A DNA stretch of 63,891 nt, filler included, from Theionarchaea archaeon (GTDB lineage: Archaea > Methanobacteriota_B > Thermococci > Methanofastidiosales > SZ-28-30), in NCBI GenBank assembly GCA_018992565.1. It is 7 parts of 7 records of this genome, joined end to end, with 100 filler letters (N's around TTAATTAATTAA, not from the genome) between each part and the next. Parts side by side here need not be neighbours in the genome. Positions count along the whole stretch, not along the records: positions 16,600 to 32,914 come from JACVGW010000062.1; positions 33,015 to 36,905 come from JACVGW010000138.1; positions 37,006 to 53,318 come from JACVGW010000063.1; 4 more parts are not named here. One strand, 5' to 3'. Of the stretch, positions 31,505 to 41,872 are shown piece by piece. The notes beneath the pieces were generated by a model that ran no database searches, had not been told where the DNA came from, and saw only the letters and a list, made by a program, of their open reading frames with translations. The number at the start of each line of letters is the position of its first letter. Within the stretch, counting starts at the first letter, position 1. The translations under genes and the position numbers were made by a program.

Positions 31505-32479
31505 ATGATGAAGAAAGTCCTGGTAACAGCACGAGAAGATGATATCCGCAACATTCGAGAATTGCTGGAAGATTCTATTCATTTCATCAGAAGAGAAGGG
31601 AAGCTCGCCTATGTCACGATCTATCTTCATGAAAAGGAGCTTGATCCTTTCTTGACAGACCTCCAAAAAGCTATTGACCTTCGTTACAAGGAAAACATTA
31701 TTGAAGTTTCCTCCCCGGATTTTGTCATTTCTTCAGTCCTTCAGCGGTCAGAACAAAAAACGGGGGCAGAAGAAGAACGAACACCCGTTGAAAAACTCGT
31801 TGATTCAACAAGACCCCACCTCACGCTAGATCTGAGTCGAGTAGCTCTCACGTCTATCGCAGGTATGATTGCCCTCACCGGACTATTCATGGATAATATA
31901 CCAGTTATCATAGGAGCTATGCTCCTTTCTCCTCTTTTGGGACCCATATACGCATTTTCTGTGAATGTAGCTCTGGGAAAAGCCAGAGATGTCTTGAAGA
32001 CTATTGGAAACCTCACTGCCCTTCTCATCATGGTAATTGCTGTCTCTTGCATTGCCACTGTCCTGATATCTCAAGTAACAGACCTTTCCCTGACAATTGA
32101 GATCAGGAGTCGAATGGATTCCAACTTCATATACATTCTTATGGCCATTCTTCTGGGATTTGCAACCATGTGTGCACTCTCTAGGGATATCTCTGAGAGT
32201 ATTGCTGGCGTGGCCATTGCCGCGGCATTGCTCCCCCCTGCTGTGGTTGCAGGTATATCCCTGGTACTGTACCCCGAGGAATCCTTACAGCCTCTTGTCC
32301 TCACTCTGGAAAATGTTCTGGGGCTCATGGCAGGGAGTTTGGCCGCCACTCCTATACTCCACATCAGGCCCAGGAGAACTCACGAGAAGACAGCCGCAAG
32401 GCGTCTTGTTTTCAGAACTGCATCCGTTCTGGCTGTTCTCCTCCTCCTGCTGGTCCTGATCTCAGTCCTGCTGGCCTGA
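31505..32479 (+). CDS. TIGR00341/DUF389 membrane protein
   Basis: IIGAMLLSPLLGP and GVAIAAALLPPA. Confidence 0.88.
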   Translation: MMKKVLVTAREDDIRNIRELLEDSIHFIRREGKLAYVTIYLHEKELDPFLTDLQKAIDLRYKENIIEVSSPDFVISSVLQRSEQKTGAEEERTPVEKLVDSTRPHLTLDLSRVALTSIAGMIALTGLFMDNIPVIIGAMLLSPLLGPIYAFSVNVALGKARDVLKTIGNLTALLIMVIAVSCIATVLISQVTDLSLTIEIRSRMDSNFIYILMAILLGFATMCALSRDISESIAGVAIAAALLPPAVVAGISLVLYPEESLQPLVLTLENVLGLMAGSLAATPILHIRPRRTHEKTAARRLVFRTASVLAVLLLLLVLISVLLA

Positions 32480-32619
32480 TAGCAGCCTGAGTGATACGTC
32501 ACTCTCATAAGGATGGGGAAAACGAAGACAGGTGGTGTGAGCTCTGCCCAGAACGTTGAGATCGCGGGAAGTCTGCTGAAATCAAAAAGTATTTAAGAAT
32601 TAGAAATATCTCTTCTTGT

Positions 32620-32914
32620 ATGGAAGAAGTCACTTTAAAAATTCAAAAAAGGGCGGTTAGAAGTCGTGGCAGGGCCAGGCTAAACAATTCAATGCTTTCA
32701 AGACTTGGCGCAAAAGAAGAATCTAAGCTGGAAATAGTCAACGATGCTGCTAACAAGTCTGTGACGGTCACCTTGTTTGCTGATTCCATGGTTGAAGAGG
32801 GCTTTATCAGACTGAGCGAAGAGGACCTGGAAGCTCTGGGATTGAACGAAGGAGACACTGTCATAATTAGAAGGAAGGCACCTCTTTCTGAACAGGTGCG
32901 AGATCGTGCAGAAG
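32620..32914 (+). CDS. Protein with CDC48-N-like double-psi barrel, 3-prime truncated
   Basis: RGRARL...L..LG and IRLS....LGLNEGDTV pattern. Confidence 0.5.
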
Positions 32915-33526
32915 NNNNNNNNNNNNNNNNNNNNNNNNNNNNNNNNNNNNNNNNNNNNTTAATTAATTAANNNNNNNNNNNNNNNNNNNNNNNNNNNNNN
33001 NNNNNNNNNNNNNNAAAAAAAGGTTTGGAATCTGGCTCCAGGTGGGTTCCTGAGCCTACTGCGGTTGAGCTTTTGGATTGAATCAGGCTGGGCTACGAGT
33101 TACATGATTTCCTGCGATTTCTCACCAGGCCAATTCCTTTCAGTTCATGAATAGGAATCCTCTCCCCAGCCCAAGCAATGACAGCTCCTATCCAGTGCCC
33201 CAGAGCTCTGGAAATGAACCACACAACCCGTGGATTCCAGCAACTATTAGAGGAGAAAGAGATTTTTCTACCTGTATTGAATTATATATCTCCTTTTATT
33301 CTGATTTTTCTATCATTGTGGATTCTCGATGCCATTGTGATGTTAACCTGTGAAGATGAACAGTAACCTTTATAAGCACGGATGCATAGCATTACCTGCA
33401 AAGGACTGTAAACAAAGGTTCGTATTTCGATTATTCGGATTCCGTAACTTTTCTGTTGTAAGTTTTTTGTAAAGAGTCCAGATACGATCTGGGAAGATCT
33501 CAGATACGATCTGAGGAGATGATAAC

Positions 33527-33718
33527 GTGAAAGGAACAGTACAGTGGTTCAATGCCCGAAAAGGGTACGGGTTCATCCAGGATGAAAATGGAAACGACAT
33601 TTTTGTCCATCAGAGCGCCGTGCCCATGGGCGTCTTCCTCAATGAGGGAGATCAGGTCGAATTTGATCAGGAAGAATCAGACAGAGGACCCCGAGCAGTA
33701 AATGTCCGAAAGCTGTAG
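33527..33718 (+). CDS. cspA: Cold-shock protein (copy 1)
   Basis: [14 protein letters not shown] (RNP1), DIFVH (RNP2), GPRAVNV. Confidence 0.95.
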   Translation: MKGTVQWFNARKGYGFIQDENGNDIFVHQSAVPMGVFLNEGDQVEFDQEESDRGPRAVNVRKL

Positions 33719-34006
33719 GTCGTTCTTGATTCGTGAAGGCTAGTTCGTTCTTTCTTTTTTTGTTTCTTCAAATCACCTTTCCTTTTTGATTGTTTTAGCG
33801 ATTTTGGATACCCGTGACATTGTTACTCGTGAATAAGAAAGAAATGATCTATTCTTCATCTCATGGAGGTATCTGAGGAAGAGTGTGGCTGACAACAATC
33901 CATCCCTCGCAATGAAAAGCAGTGAATCGGAGGCGGGAATGGATTCGGTACTCAAAGCAGGGAAACCTATTTATTGAGATACAGATTCAACAAAGTGGGT
34001 GATGAA

Positions 34007-35451
34007 ATGAAAAGGACGATAGTACTGGTACTCGTGGCAGTGCTCTTGGTGCTCAATGTCAATCCTTTAGAGAGCGCAGAGACCCAAGAGAAGACTCTCA
34101 AAGTGCTTGTGGACGAGTCAAGAGCCCATGAAGTGGATGAGGAAGTACGTGAAGCCTATGTTGCAGGTTTTGAAAAAACTTTGAAAGAAATAGAAAAACT
34201 CTTGAAACAATTTGGATTGGACGTCACTGTGAAAGTGGTCTGTGACCCCAGATATTCTTTCAACAACTCTGTAGAACCCTGGGGATTCGGCCTCGCGAGG
34301 GCGAAACTGGAGGATTCTGCTACAGTGACTACCAGAGACTCTGGATCACTCACCTACCGTACGCTGATGAAATACGACGTTCTGGTGATTGCATCCTTCG
34401 ACAAGAAGTATACCTCTGCAGAAGTAGATGCAATAAAGCAGTTCGTGGAAAATGGAGGAGGCCTGCTCCTTCTGGGCGACATTGACTCTGAGAACACTAG
34501 TGTCTCACAGGCATTTAACGTGTCTTTCAATCAGGAGAGGGCTATTATCGCAGATTCCACTGCTGAGCAGCTGGATGACGACATTTACACGTTCTACCTT
34601 GACAGTTTCCAGAGCCACCCGGTGACAAAGAACATCAAGAAAATTGTGCTCAAGAATGGACTCCCTATTGTGAGTTACAGGAAAGGGCAGGTGCTTGCTA
34701 CAACCCCCAGCAGTTCCTGGGTAGACCGCGTAGGGGATGGCAGTGGGGCCAAGGACACAGGAGAAGAAGGAGGTCCTTTTGACATCATGCTGGCAATGGA
34801 CGGGTACGGCATGGGCAGAGCGGCCTTCTTTGGCGGAGCTGAGTCGTTCTGGAACCAGGTTACTGTGAAAGAAGGTGACAACCTGAACCTCTTTGACAAT
34901 ACAGTGAAATGGCTTGGAGAATCCGGGGGACCTTACAAACAATATAAAATCCTCAATGAACAGGCTCAGACACTCCTTGGAAAAGGAATTGAACTCTACG
35001 GTACCCACAAGTTCAGTGAGGCAGAAAAAGCTTTTCTTGATGCAATTGCCGCCTCAGAGAAATCTAATAAAATCTATCCCAACTCTGAATCAGCCAGGTT
35101 AATAGGAGAAGCCCAGACGTTCGGAGAACTGTGTAAGAAAGGTACAGAGGCCGATCAGATTTTTGGTTCTGCTGAGGACTTGTTTGAGAGCAGGGAGTAC
35201 GAGAAAGCTATTCAGGAGTACGAGAAGGCCAGGTTCCTGTACACTGAGATCGAGTACACAGAGAGGAGTGATGTATGCAGAACACGCGTTACTGAGAGCA
35301 ATAAGTTACGTGCACTGCGCGGTGAGGCACTGTCCCTGTTCAGTCAGGCAGAAGAGGCACTGAATAAGAAAATGGGCATGTTTGATGTGACAGGCATTGA
35401 GTCAGCCAGATCACTATTTGAGCAGTCAAAGAAGAAGTGGGAAGAGTTCGG
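34007..35451 (+). CDS. Secreted GATase-like (DUF4350/GldG-type) plus TPR-like protein, truncated at gap
   Basis: Signal peptide; YDVLVI..EVDAIKQFVENGGGLLL, HPVT; TPR-like helices. Confidence 0.6.
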
Positions 35452-35551
35452 NNNNNNNNNNNNNNNNNNNNNNNNNNNNNNNNNNNNNNNNNNNNNNNNN
35501 NNNNNNNNNNNNNNNNNNNNNNNNNNNNNNNNNNNNNNNNNNNNNNNNNNN

Positions 35552-36405
35552 GTAGCAATACCCATCAAGGGGAGGGATGCAAATGTAGCCACTCTCCACC
35601 CTGTGGTGAAGACAGCAACACCATCCGTCCCTCCTGCCTTCACTACAATGACATTCAGGAACAACATCGTCAAGGACATGGATAGCTGTGATATAGCCGA
35701 TGGCAACCCCACCTTGACAATCTCACCTATGACGTCTTTCCGGAATCGGAACCCATGCAGTGATATTGATACATAGGTATCTTTCTTGATAAAGATCCAG
35801 TTGAACAATATGAAAGAGGCAAGTGTCATAGACAGGACGGTGGCGACAGCAGCCCCTGCAACACCCATTCTAAATGTATAAATGAAAAGAGGGTCTAGTA
35901 AGATATTGAGTACAGCACCACTCATCAGTGCATACATTGAACGGGTGGCGTCTCCTTCACCTCGCAGCAGTGCGTTGGCAACACTGGAAAAGAAAATGAC
36001 CACAATGCCCGCTATGATCACCTGACCATACTGTGTGGCACTATCAGTTATGTCTCCTGCACCCATTGCAGAGAAGATGTCTCTTGCAAAGATGAAGAAA
36101 GGGACTGCGAAAGCTACAGCTGCAAGCAACATGATGACAATGGTGTGCGAAGCCACAGTATCTGCTCCTTTCTTGTCTTTGGCACCTATTCTCCTGGAAA
36201 TGGCAGATCCGCCTCCAATGCCTATGCCTGTGGCAATAGCATTCATCATGAAAAAGAAGGGGAAGAAGAATCCAACGGCAGAGAGCGCATCAGCCCCCAA
36301 TCCTGAAACCCAGATAGCATCCACGATATTGTAAATGGTTTGAATTGACATTGCTACCATCATAGGGAGAGAGAGTCGTATGATGGCTTTCTTGGGGTCT
36401 CCCAT
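35552..36405 (-). CDS. MATE family efflux transporter, 3-prime part lost in gap
   Basis: LSLPMM..YNIVDAIWV, LRGEGD, NILLDPLFI, GAAVAT. Confidence 0.92.
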
Positions 36406-36718
36406 GAGGATCCTGATGCCTTCAGGTTCTTCTGCAGGAGGGGTTGGTGATGCAACGCTCGTGGTATCACTCCTCTAAATGATGCCGTTCTGTCATTCTG
36501 CTGGAAATCGGGTGTCAGACTTATGTGTGGTTTCCTCTTGGATGAGCTGTTATAACGTTTGGCATGTCATTGGACTATATAACCTTACCTGCTGTTATGG
36601 CGTGAGCCCTTCTTGAACTGTGACCATTGACACCTGTGAGAAATGAGTTGGTCTTGGAAGAATTTTCTTTGCACGGAAGCCTGTTCTTCTGAAACGGTTT
36701 TACCATTGTGTCAATAGG

Positions 36719-36905
36719 AACCTTTATAAGCACGGATGCATAACAGGAGTTGCAAAGGACTGTAAACAAAGGTTCGTATTTCGATTATTCGGATTCCGTA
36801 ACTTTTCTGTTGTAGGTTTTTTGTAAATAATTCAGATGTAATCTGAGGAGATGATAACGTGAAAGGAACAGTACAGTGGTTCAATGCCCGAAAAGGGTAT
36901 GGGTT
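36719..36905 (+). repeat. Duplicated csp promoter, leader and 5-prime CDS (partner 33365-33573)
   Basis: 64-nt identical block 33397-33460 = 36751-36814; shared AACCTTTATAAG promoter. Confidence 0.9.
36859..36905 (+). CDS. cspA: Cold-shock protein (copy 2), truncated by contig end
   Basis: GTG start, [14 protein letters not shown] nearly identical to copy 1. Confidence 0.85.
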
Positions 36906-37005
36906 NNNNNNNNNNNNNNNNNNNNNNNNNNNNNNNNNNNNNNNNNNNNTTAATTAATTAANNNNNNNNNNNNNNNNNNNNNNNNNNNNNNNNNNNNNNN
37001 NNNNN

Positions 37006-37079
37006 AGCCCCGAGCGGGATCCGAACCCGCGACCTCCCGCTTACCAAGCGGACGCTATACCAGGCTAAGCCATCGGGGC
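37006..37079 (-). tRNA. tRNA-Thr(GGT)
   Basis: GCCCCGA..TCGGGGC-T acceptor stem, anticodon loop TTGGTAA, T arm GCGGG-TTCGGAT-CCCGC. Confidence 0.92.
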
Positions 37080-37176
37080 GTACTTCCTTCTATACATGAA
37101 GACTATTTAAACATTACGTACCGAAAGCGAGTGTCCCGCACAACTCACACCTGACAACAACCTATTGCCCCCACAG

Positions 37177-38454
37177 TCACCGCCCAATTCTTTCCCTGAT
37201 CTCATCAATATACAACTGCAACTTTCTGTACTGGAGTGGCTCCAAGGGTTTCGGGTGGGCCAGATCATTTCTTATCTCATTCATTTCTATGAGTCGTCCC
37301 TTAATCCATCCAATGCTGATAAAATAAGGCTCAAACAAATCCCAATTATTAACCCTCTCAGTCCTATACAAAATTATGGACAAATAATTAGGAAAATCAG
37401 TATAATGTAGCAACGAATAAACTGTCTTCTTCCTGATTCTGGCATCATGTTGACGCACTTTCAACCTTTCCAGCGTGTCAGAAGGTATGCGCTCTTCCCA
37501 CCTCTCAGATCCTTTCTGCAGTACCTGTTCCAGAAACCCCCTGAATCCCTCTTCAAACTCAGACAGAACTGCGTAGGCCTGGGGGTTGCTGCGAATACTC
37601 TGCTGCACCTTCTCAGAAAACTCCTCCAGAGCAGGGGGCAGGACATATTCCCGCAAGAATCGCTTGTACGCCTTCTTATCCTCTATAACAAATCGAAGTG
37701 GATCCTTATAATACCTGATAGTACCCTTTTCCTTCATCTCTTCCAAAATTCCTTCTATGTCCTCCAAAGAAATCGAATACTCTTTCAGCTTTCGAAAAAA
37801 GATCTTTTCTGCTTTGGGTTCATATACATACAAGACCCGGAACACATTCAGTACCCTGGAGATATCCTTCAGAGCATCTTCCAGAGACAGAATCCTCTCC
37901 TCATTCACATAGTACTCCTCAAAGTACCTGTACAAGTCGGGAGGAGTGACCACAACTCCATGCCCATTCACAGGTCCCAAAGCCGTATATTGGTGAGCCT
38001 TACGGGCAACCCCGGCTTCCAACAGCAAAGACTTTATCATCACAACAAGATCCTGAATCACAGGAAGTGATGCTGCCAGTCTGAACTCCGGATGAAGAGA
38101 GGGAGCATGTTTTCCCTGCGACAGCAGGTGGCCCAAATACCTCAGGACAACATATGATCCTTCCAGGTTGAGCTTCTTACATTGCTCAAAAACCTCCTGG
38201 CTCTTCTCATGCAGGAGATCACCTGCAATCTGTTCTCCCTTCCCCGTACATCTCAGTAGCTGCACCTTCCCCCACATGCCCTTCTCCAGCAGGTCATAGC
38301 CATGCAGTATGCCTGTTGGCCCTGAAACATCTGCAGCAAGGACACCTTTCTCAGATACATTTTGCTTAACAAATACATCCAGCAGGCAGTCAAGTGCCTT
38401 ATCAGTATCGAATCCATACCTATCGAGAGTCTTCCGCAATGTCCTGATGTTCAC
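37177..38454 (-). CDS. Hypothetical protein with C-terminal Swt1-like HEPN domain
   Basis: YTDF..Y..II...NWDLF..YF and the Rx4H motif RNDLAH. Confidence 0.7.
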   Translation of the reverse strand: MNIRTLRKTLDRYGFDTDKALDCLLDVFVKQNVSEKGVLAADVSGPTGILHGYDLLEKGMWGKVQLLRCTGKGEQIAGDLLHEKSQEVFEQCKKLNLEGSYVVLRYLGHLLSQGKHAPSLHPEFRLAASLPVIQDLVVMIKSLLLEAGVARKAHQYTALGPVNGHGVVVTPPDLYRYFEEYYVNEERILSLEDALKDISRVLNVFRVLYVYEPKAEKIFFRKLKEYSISLEDIEGILEEMKEKGTIRYYKDPLRFVIEDKKAYKRFLREYVLPPALEEFSEKVQQSIRSNPQAYAVLSEFEEGFRGFLEQVLQKGSERWEERIPSDTLERLKVRQHDARIRKKTVYSLLHYTDFPNYLSIILYRTERVNNWDLFEPYFISIGWIKGRLIEMNEIRNDLAHPKPLEPLQYRKLQLYIDEIRERIGR

Positions 38455-38545
38455 ACCTTGAATTTGGGTAATGCGTTATAAGGATTTTCCCTGTGCACCT
38501 TTTCATTACCCCATTTCATGTGATCAGACTGCAAAACCTACATAA

Positions 38546-38563
38546 TGACAAATTTATTTGTCA
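38546..38563. promoter_or_regulatory. Palindromic operator TGACAAAT-N2-ATTTGTCA
   Basis: 8-bp perfect arms between the divergent HEPN gene and ArsR-like regulator. Confidence 0.5.
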
Positions 38564-38620
38564 AAAACTAAGAGAAATTAGTCAAAAAAGCTTTTATTCT
38601 GCCATTTCATACAGGATACC

Positions 38621-39126
38621 ATGGAAGATAAAGAGGAAATTATGCTGAACTCCCTGAACCATAAGGTAAGAAGGGATATACTCCGCCTCATCAAAACCAA
38701 AGGCAGCGTCACCTACACTCAGATCCTCGACAGGGTGGAATCACCTACTGGAAAGCTCAACTATCACCTGAAGCAACTGACAGGACTCATTGAAAAAACA
38801 GCATCAGACGAATATGAGCTCACACCATTGGGGGAGAAAGCAGTAGAAATTCTGGACGCCATCCAATCGAATGGACTGGATGAGTATTTCAATAAAGTCA
38901 ATGAAGCGCAGACACAGAGTATTTCTCCTCTCATGAGGGGGTTCTTCAAAGGAGGCATTGCAGTCGCTGTTTTCCTGCTGGGATTCTGGACCTTCATGGG
39001 CTACCTCATGTATACCACAGGAGCACCTCTGGCAGTATGGGTCATCCTGGCTATTCTGTATGCTATGGGAGTGGCACTGCTGATGTTCTTGATTACCGTG
39101 TACAGGACTGCTCCCCAGTATATTGA
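38621..39126 (+). CDS. ArsR-like winged-HTH regulator with C-terminal TM helices (3-prime end in gap)
   Basis: L.H.VRRDIL, GKLNYHLK.L, YELTPLG; two TM helices. Confidence 0.8.
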
Positions 39127-39308
39127 NNNNNNNNNNNNNNNNNNNNNNNNNNNNNNNNNNNNNNNNNNNNNNNNNNNNNNNNNNNNNNNNNNNNNNNNNN
39201 NNNNNNNNNNNNNNNNNNNNNNNNNNGAGATGATGACTCACTTCTGGTGGTTGTTTATTCTGGGAGTACCTGTTCTTGTCATCACGGTTGTTGTCTTGTG
39301 GCTGCGTG

Positions 39309-40976
39309 TCAGGACACAGGATGTGTGATTCTGAGGTGTTCATGAACCTTTTGAGCCATTTTCTTATTCTTTAGAACAGATTCCAGCTCCTCCACTGTGC
39401 ACGTCCTCATGTTCTCAACAGAACCAAAGTGGTTCATCAGCATTTTCTTTCTCTTTTCCCCAATTCCCTTGATATCATCAAGAACAGATTTCTTCAGCTT
39501 CTTTCGTCGTAATGTCTTATGATATGCAATGGCAAATCGATGCGCCTCATCTCTCACCTTTATCAACAATGTCTTGGACAACTGGGACACCTCCCCTTTC
39601 CCCTGAGGCGTGAACACTTCCTCTTCCCTTTTGGCCAGAGCCACCACGGGGATGTCTATCCCCAGCTCCTGGAGGGTCCTCAGCGCTACATTCAGATGTC
39701 CTTTCCCTCCATCTATCAACAGCAAGTCAGGCATGACCTCTGTATGCATAAACCGTCTGTGCAGTACTTCTTCAATCATGGCATAATCATCAATACCCTC
39801 AACCTGTATTTTGTAGTGTCGATAATCCTTCTTGGATGGGTTCCCATTCAGAAAACACACCTGAGATGCTGTGGCCTGTTGTCCCATGATATTGGAAACA
39901 TCATAGCCCTCAATCCGTTCAGGTACCTTTTTCAATCCCAGTTCATCCCGCAGTAGTTCCAGCTCACCATATACGTACTTCAAATGAATTTCAGCATCCT
40001 TTTCCACCATTCTCAACAACTTCTTCCGTTTTCCCCTCTTGGGCACGGAAACCTTTACTTTCTTACCCTTTTTCCTTTCCAGAAATTCAATGAACGCTGG
40101 GTCTAATTCTTCTTGCAGCACAATCTCATCAGGAATCAGCCTCTCGGCGTAAAACTCACTCAAGAACTCCTCATCATCTGATTCCAGAACATACTGGTGC
40201 TTGCCAATGATTCTCCCTCCTCTCATGACCATGACGGTAAAACACTTGGTCTTCTCCCCTTTGATTGCTATCACATCAATATCCCCAAGGGAGGGATGGT
40301 TAATGTACTGGGTCAGGCGGGACTTCTCTAAAGCTGAAATTCTGTCCCTGATCAGGGCAGCCTTCTCGAAATCCAATTCTCCGGAGGCATGCTGCATTTC
40401 CTTATCTAGTTCGTCTATTAAATCGTCAATTTTTCCTTCCAGAAACATGATCAGTCTCTTGACATTCCGGTTATACTCCTCTCTGGTAATTCTACCTGTG
40501 CAGGGTGCAGGACACAACCCAATATGGTATTCGAGGCACTCTTTCTTCTTGAGGGTTTTACACGTTCGTAATGGAAACAATTTCCGCATGAATTTCATAG
40601 TCTTTCGCAGGGCCTTGGCACTCTGAAAGGGCCCAAATACCTTTCCATCAGTGATGTCCCTGGTCACCATGATGCGGGGAAATCCCTCATGAGTGACCTT
40701 CAAATAGGGATACATGGTGTCATCTTTCAGTCTGATGTTGAACCGAGGTTTGTACTCTTTGATGAGGTTGGCTTCTAGAAGTAAGGCATCCACCTCACTT
40801 TCACAGACAGTAAACTCAATATTCGTAGTGTGCGCTACAATATCTTCTGTTCTGGTGTCCAGACTTTTGTTGGAGTACGATGAGAGCCTGTTCTTTAATG
40901 ATTTAGCCTTGCCAACGTAGATGACGGTGTCTTTGTCTTTCATGAGGTAAACGCCCGGTTTGTCTGGATAGTCCAT
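39309..40976 (-). CDS. uvrC: Excinuclease ABC subunit C
   Basis: GIY-YIG (PGVYLM..IYVGKA), UVR domain, IDGGKG, RDEAHRFA, HhH. Confidence 0.95.
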   Translation of the reverse strand: MDYPDKPGVYLMKDKDTVIYVGKAKSLKNRLSSYSNKSLDTRTEDIVAHTTNIEFTVCESEVDALLLEANLIKEYKPRFNIRLKDDTMYPYLKVTHEGFPRIMVTRDITDGKVFGPFQSAKALRKTMKFMRKLFPLRTCKTLKKKECLEYHIGLCPAPCTGRITREEYNRNVKRLIMFLEGKIDDLIDELDKEMQHASGELDFEKAALIRDRISALEKSRLTQYINHPSLGDIDVIAIKGEKTKCFTVMVMRGGRIIGKHQYVLESDDEEFLSEFYAERLIPDEIVLQEELDPAFIEFLERKKGKKVKVSVPKRGKRKKLLRMVEKDAEIHLKYVYGELELLRDELGLKKVPERIEGYDVSNIMGQQATASQVCFLNGNPSKKDYRHYKIQVEGIDDYAMIEEVLHRRFMHTEVMPDLLLIDGGKGHLNVALRTLQELGIDIPVVALAKREEEVFTPQGKGEVSQLSKTLLIKVRDEAHRFAIAYHKTLRRKKLKKSVLDDIKGIGEKRKKMLMNHFGSVENMRTCTVEELESVLKNKKMAQKVHEHLRITHPVS

Positions 40977-41035
40977 GTAGTATGCTCTGTGTTCTCCCAA
41001 ATAAATATTGGGTTGCCCGTACTGAGTCTCCAGGA

Positions 41036-41860
41036 CTAATGGTCATCCTGGCATTTCTTGTCCTGCTGGCAGCATTCCACAATATCCTCGGCCAAGATCA
41101 TCGGGTTGTCTGCTTTCAGTTCTGAAGAAAAAAATGGAAATAGAAAATGCATATATTCATCCATCTCTATGAATTGCTCCTGATCAGACGTCTCCTGAGT
41201 TAGGTGAGGTCTCTGGAACTCTTTCTCAAGGGCCAGAGCACCTATCCAGGAGGCTGCAGTATAGATGAATGCATGCTGCATGAGAAACCTGCTCTGGGTA
41301 GGAATTCTCTTTATGGTGAATACCATACGTAGATACCGCCATATGGATTGAGGATGGTCACTTTCTGTGGTGCGGTGCAGGACTTCGTGGATCAGGAGCT
41401 CAAGTGTTTTCTGATCGTGCTGGTCCAGTATGGGCATACTGAGAGGAGTACTCCGGGGCCATGAGCGAAAGAAGGGCATGACGGGGAATACTTCTAAAGA
41501 CCCTTCATGGAACAGCCATAATTCTTTCATCATGGAAAGAATTCTCTGCTGGTTTGATTTCCACAAGGATTCGAGATTCTCCTTGAACCGAAACAGCTCT
41601 AGCCTGAAAACAGGCCAATCTGCTTCAAATGATCTCTTGAAGGGGCCCACTTCTTCTCCAATAGGGACAGGAATGCGCGTCAGCACAGTATCCAGAGGTT
41701 CATCCAAGGCAAAGAGGCTTTCTACTTCTCTCGACCACAGATAGGACTTCTCTGGAGAGAGACGGCTTCTTGCATATCCCAGGAAGTTCAGTGGCTGTGA
41801 TATCTCGAAGATCAGTCTTGCAGTCATGCTATCATCATGGGAAGGAGTATGAACATTCAT
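41036..41860 (-). CDS. HExxH-motif hypothetical protein in RiPP operon
   Basis: LLIHEVLH motif; 12 nt after the methyltransferase. Confidence 0.6.
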   Translation of the reverse strand: MNVHTPSHDDSMTARLIFEISQPLNFLGYARSRLSPEKSYLWSREVESLFALDEPLDTVLTRIPVPIGEEVGPFKRSFEADWPVFRLELFRFKENLESLWKSNQQRILSMMKELWLFHEGSLEVFPVMPFFRSWPRSTPLSMPILDQHDQKTLELLIHEVLHRTTESDHPQSIWRYLRMVFTIKRIPTQSRFLMQHAFIYTAASWIGALALEKEFQRPHLTQETSDQEQFIEMDEYMHFLFPFFSSELKADNPMILAEDIVECCQQDKKCQDDH

Positions 41861-41872
41861 TCTTCAAAATGA

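Noticed and set aside
33974..36405. Apparent overlap of long convergent ORFs 33974-35776 and 35344-36405
   Set aside because: Read-through across the 100-N gap; the extensions are antisense shadows
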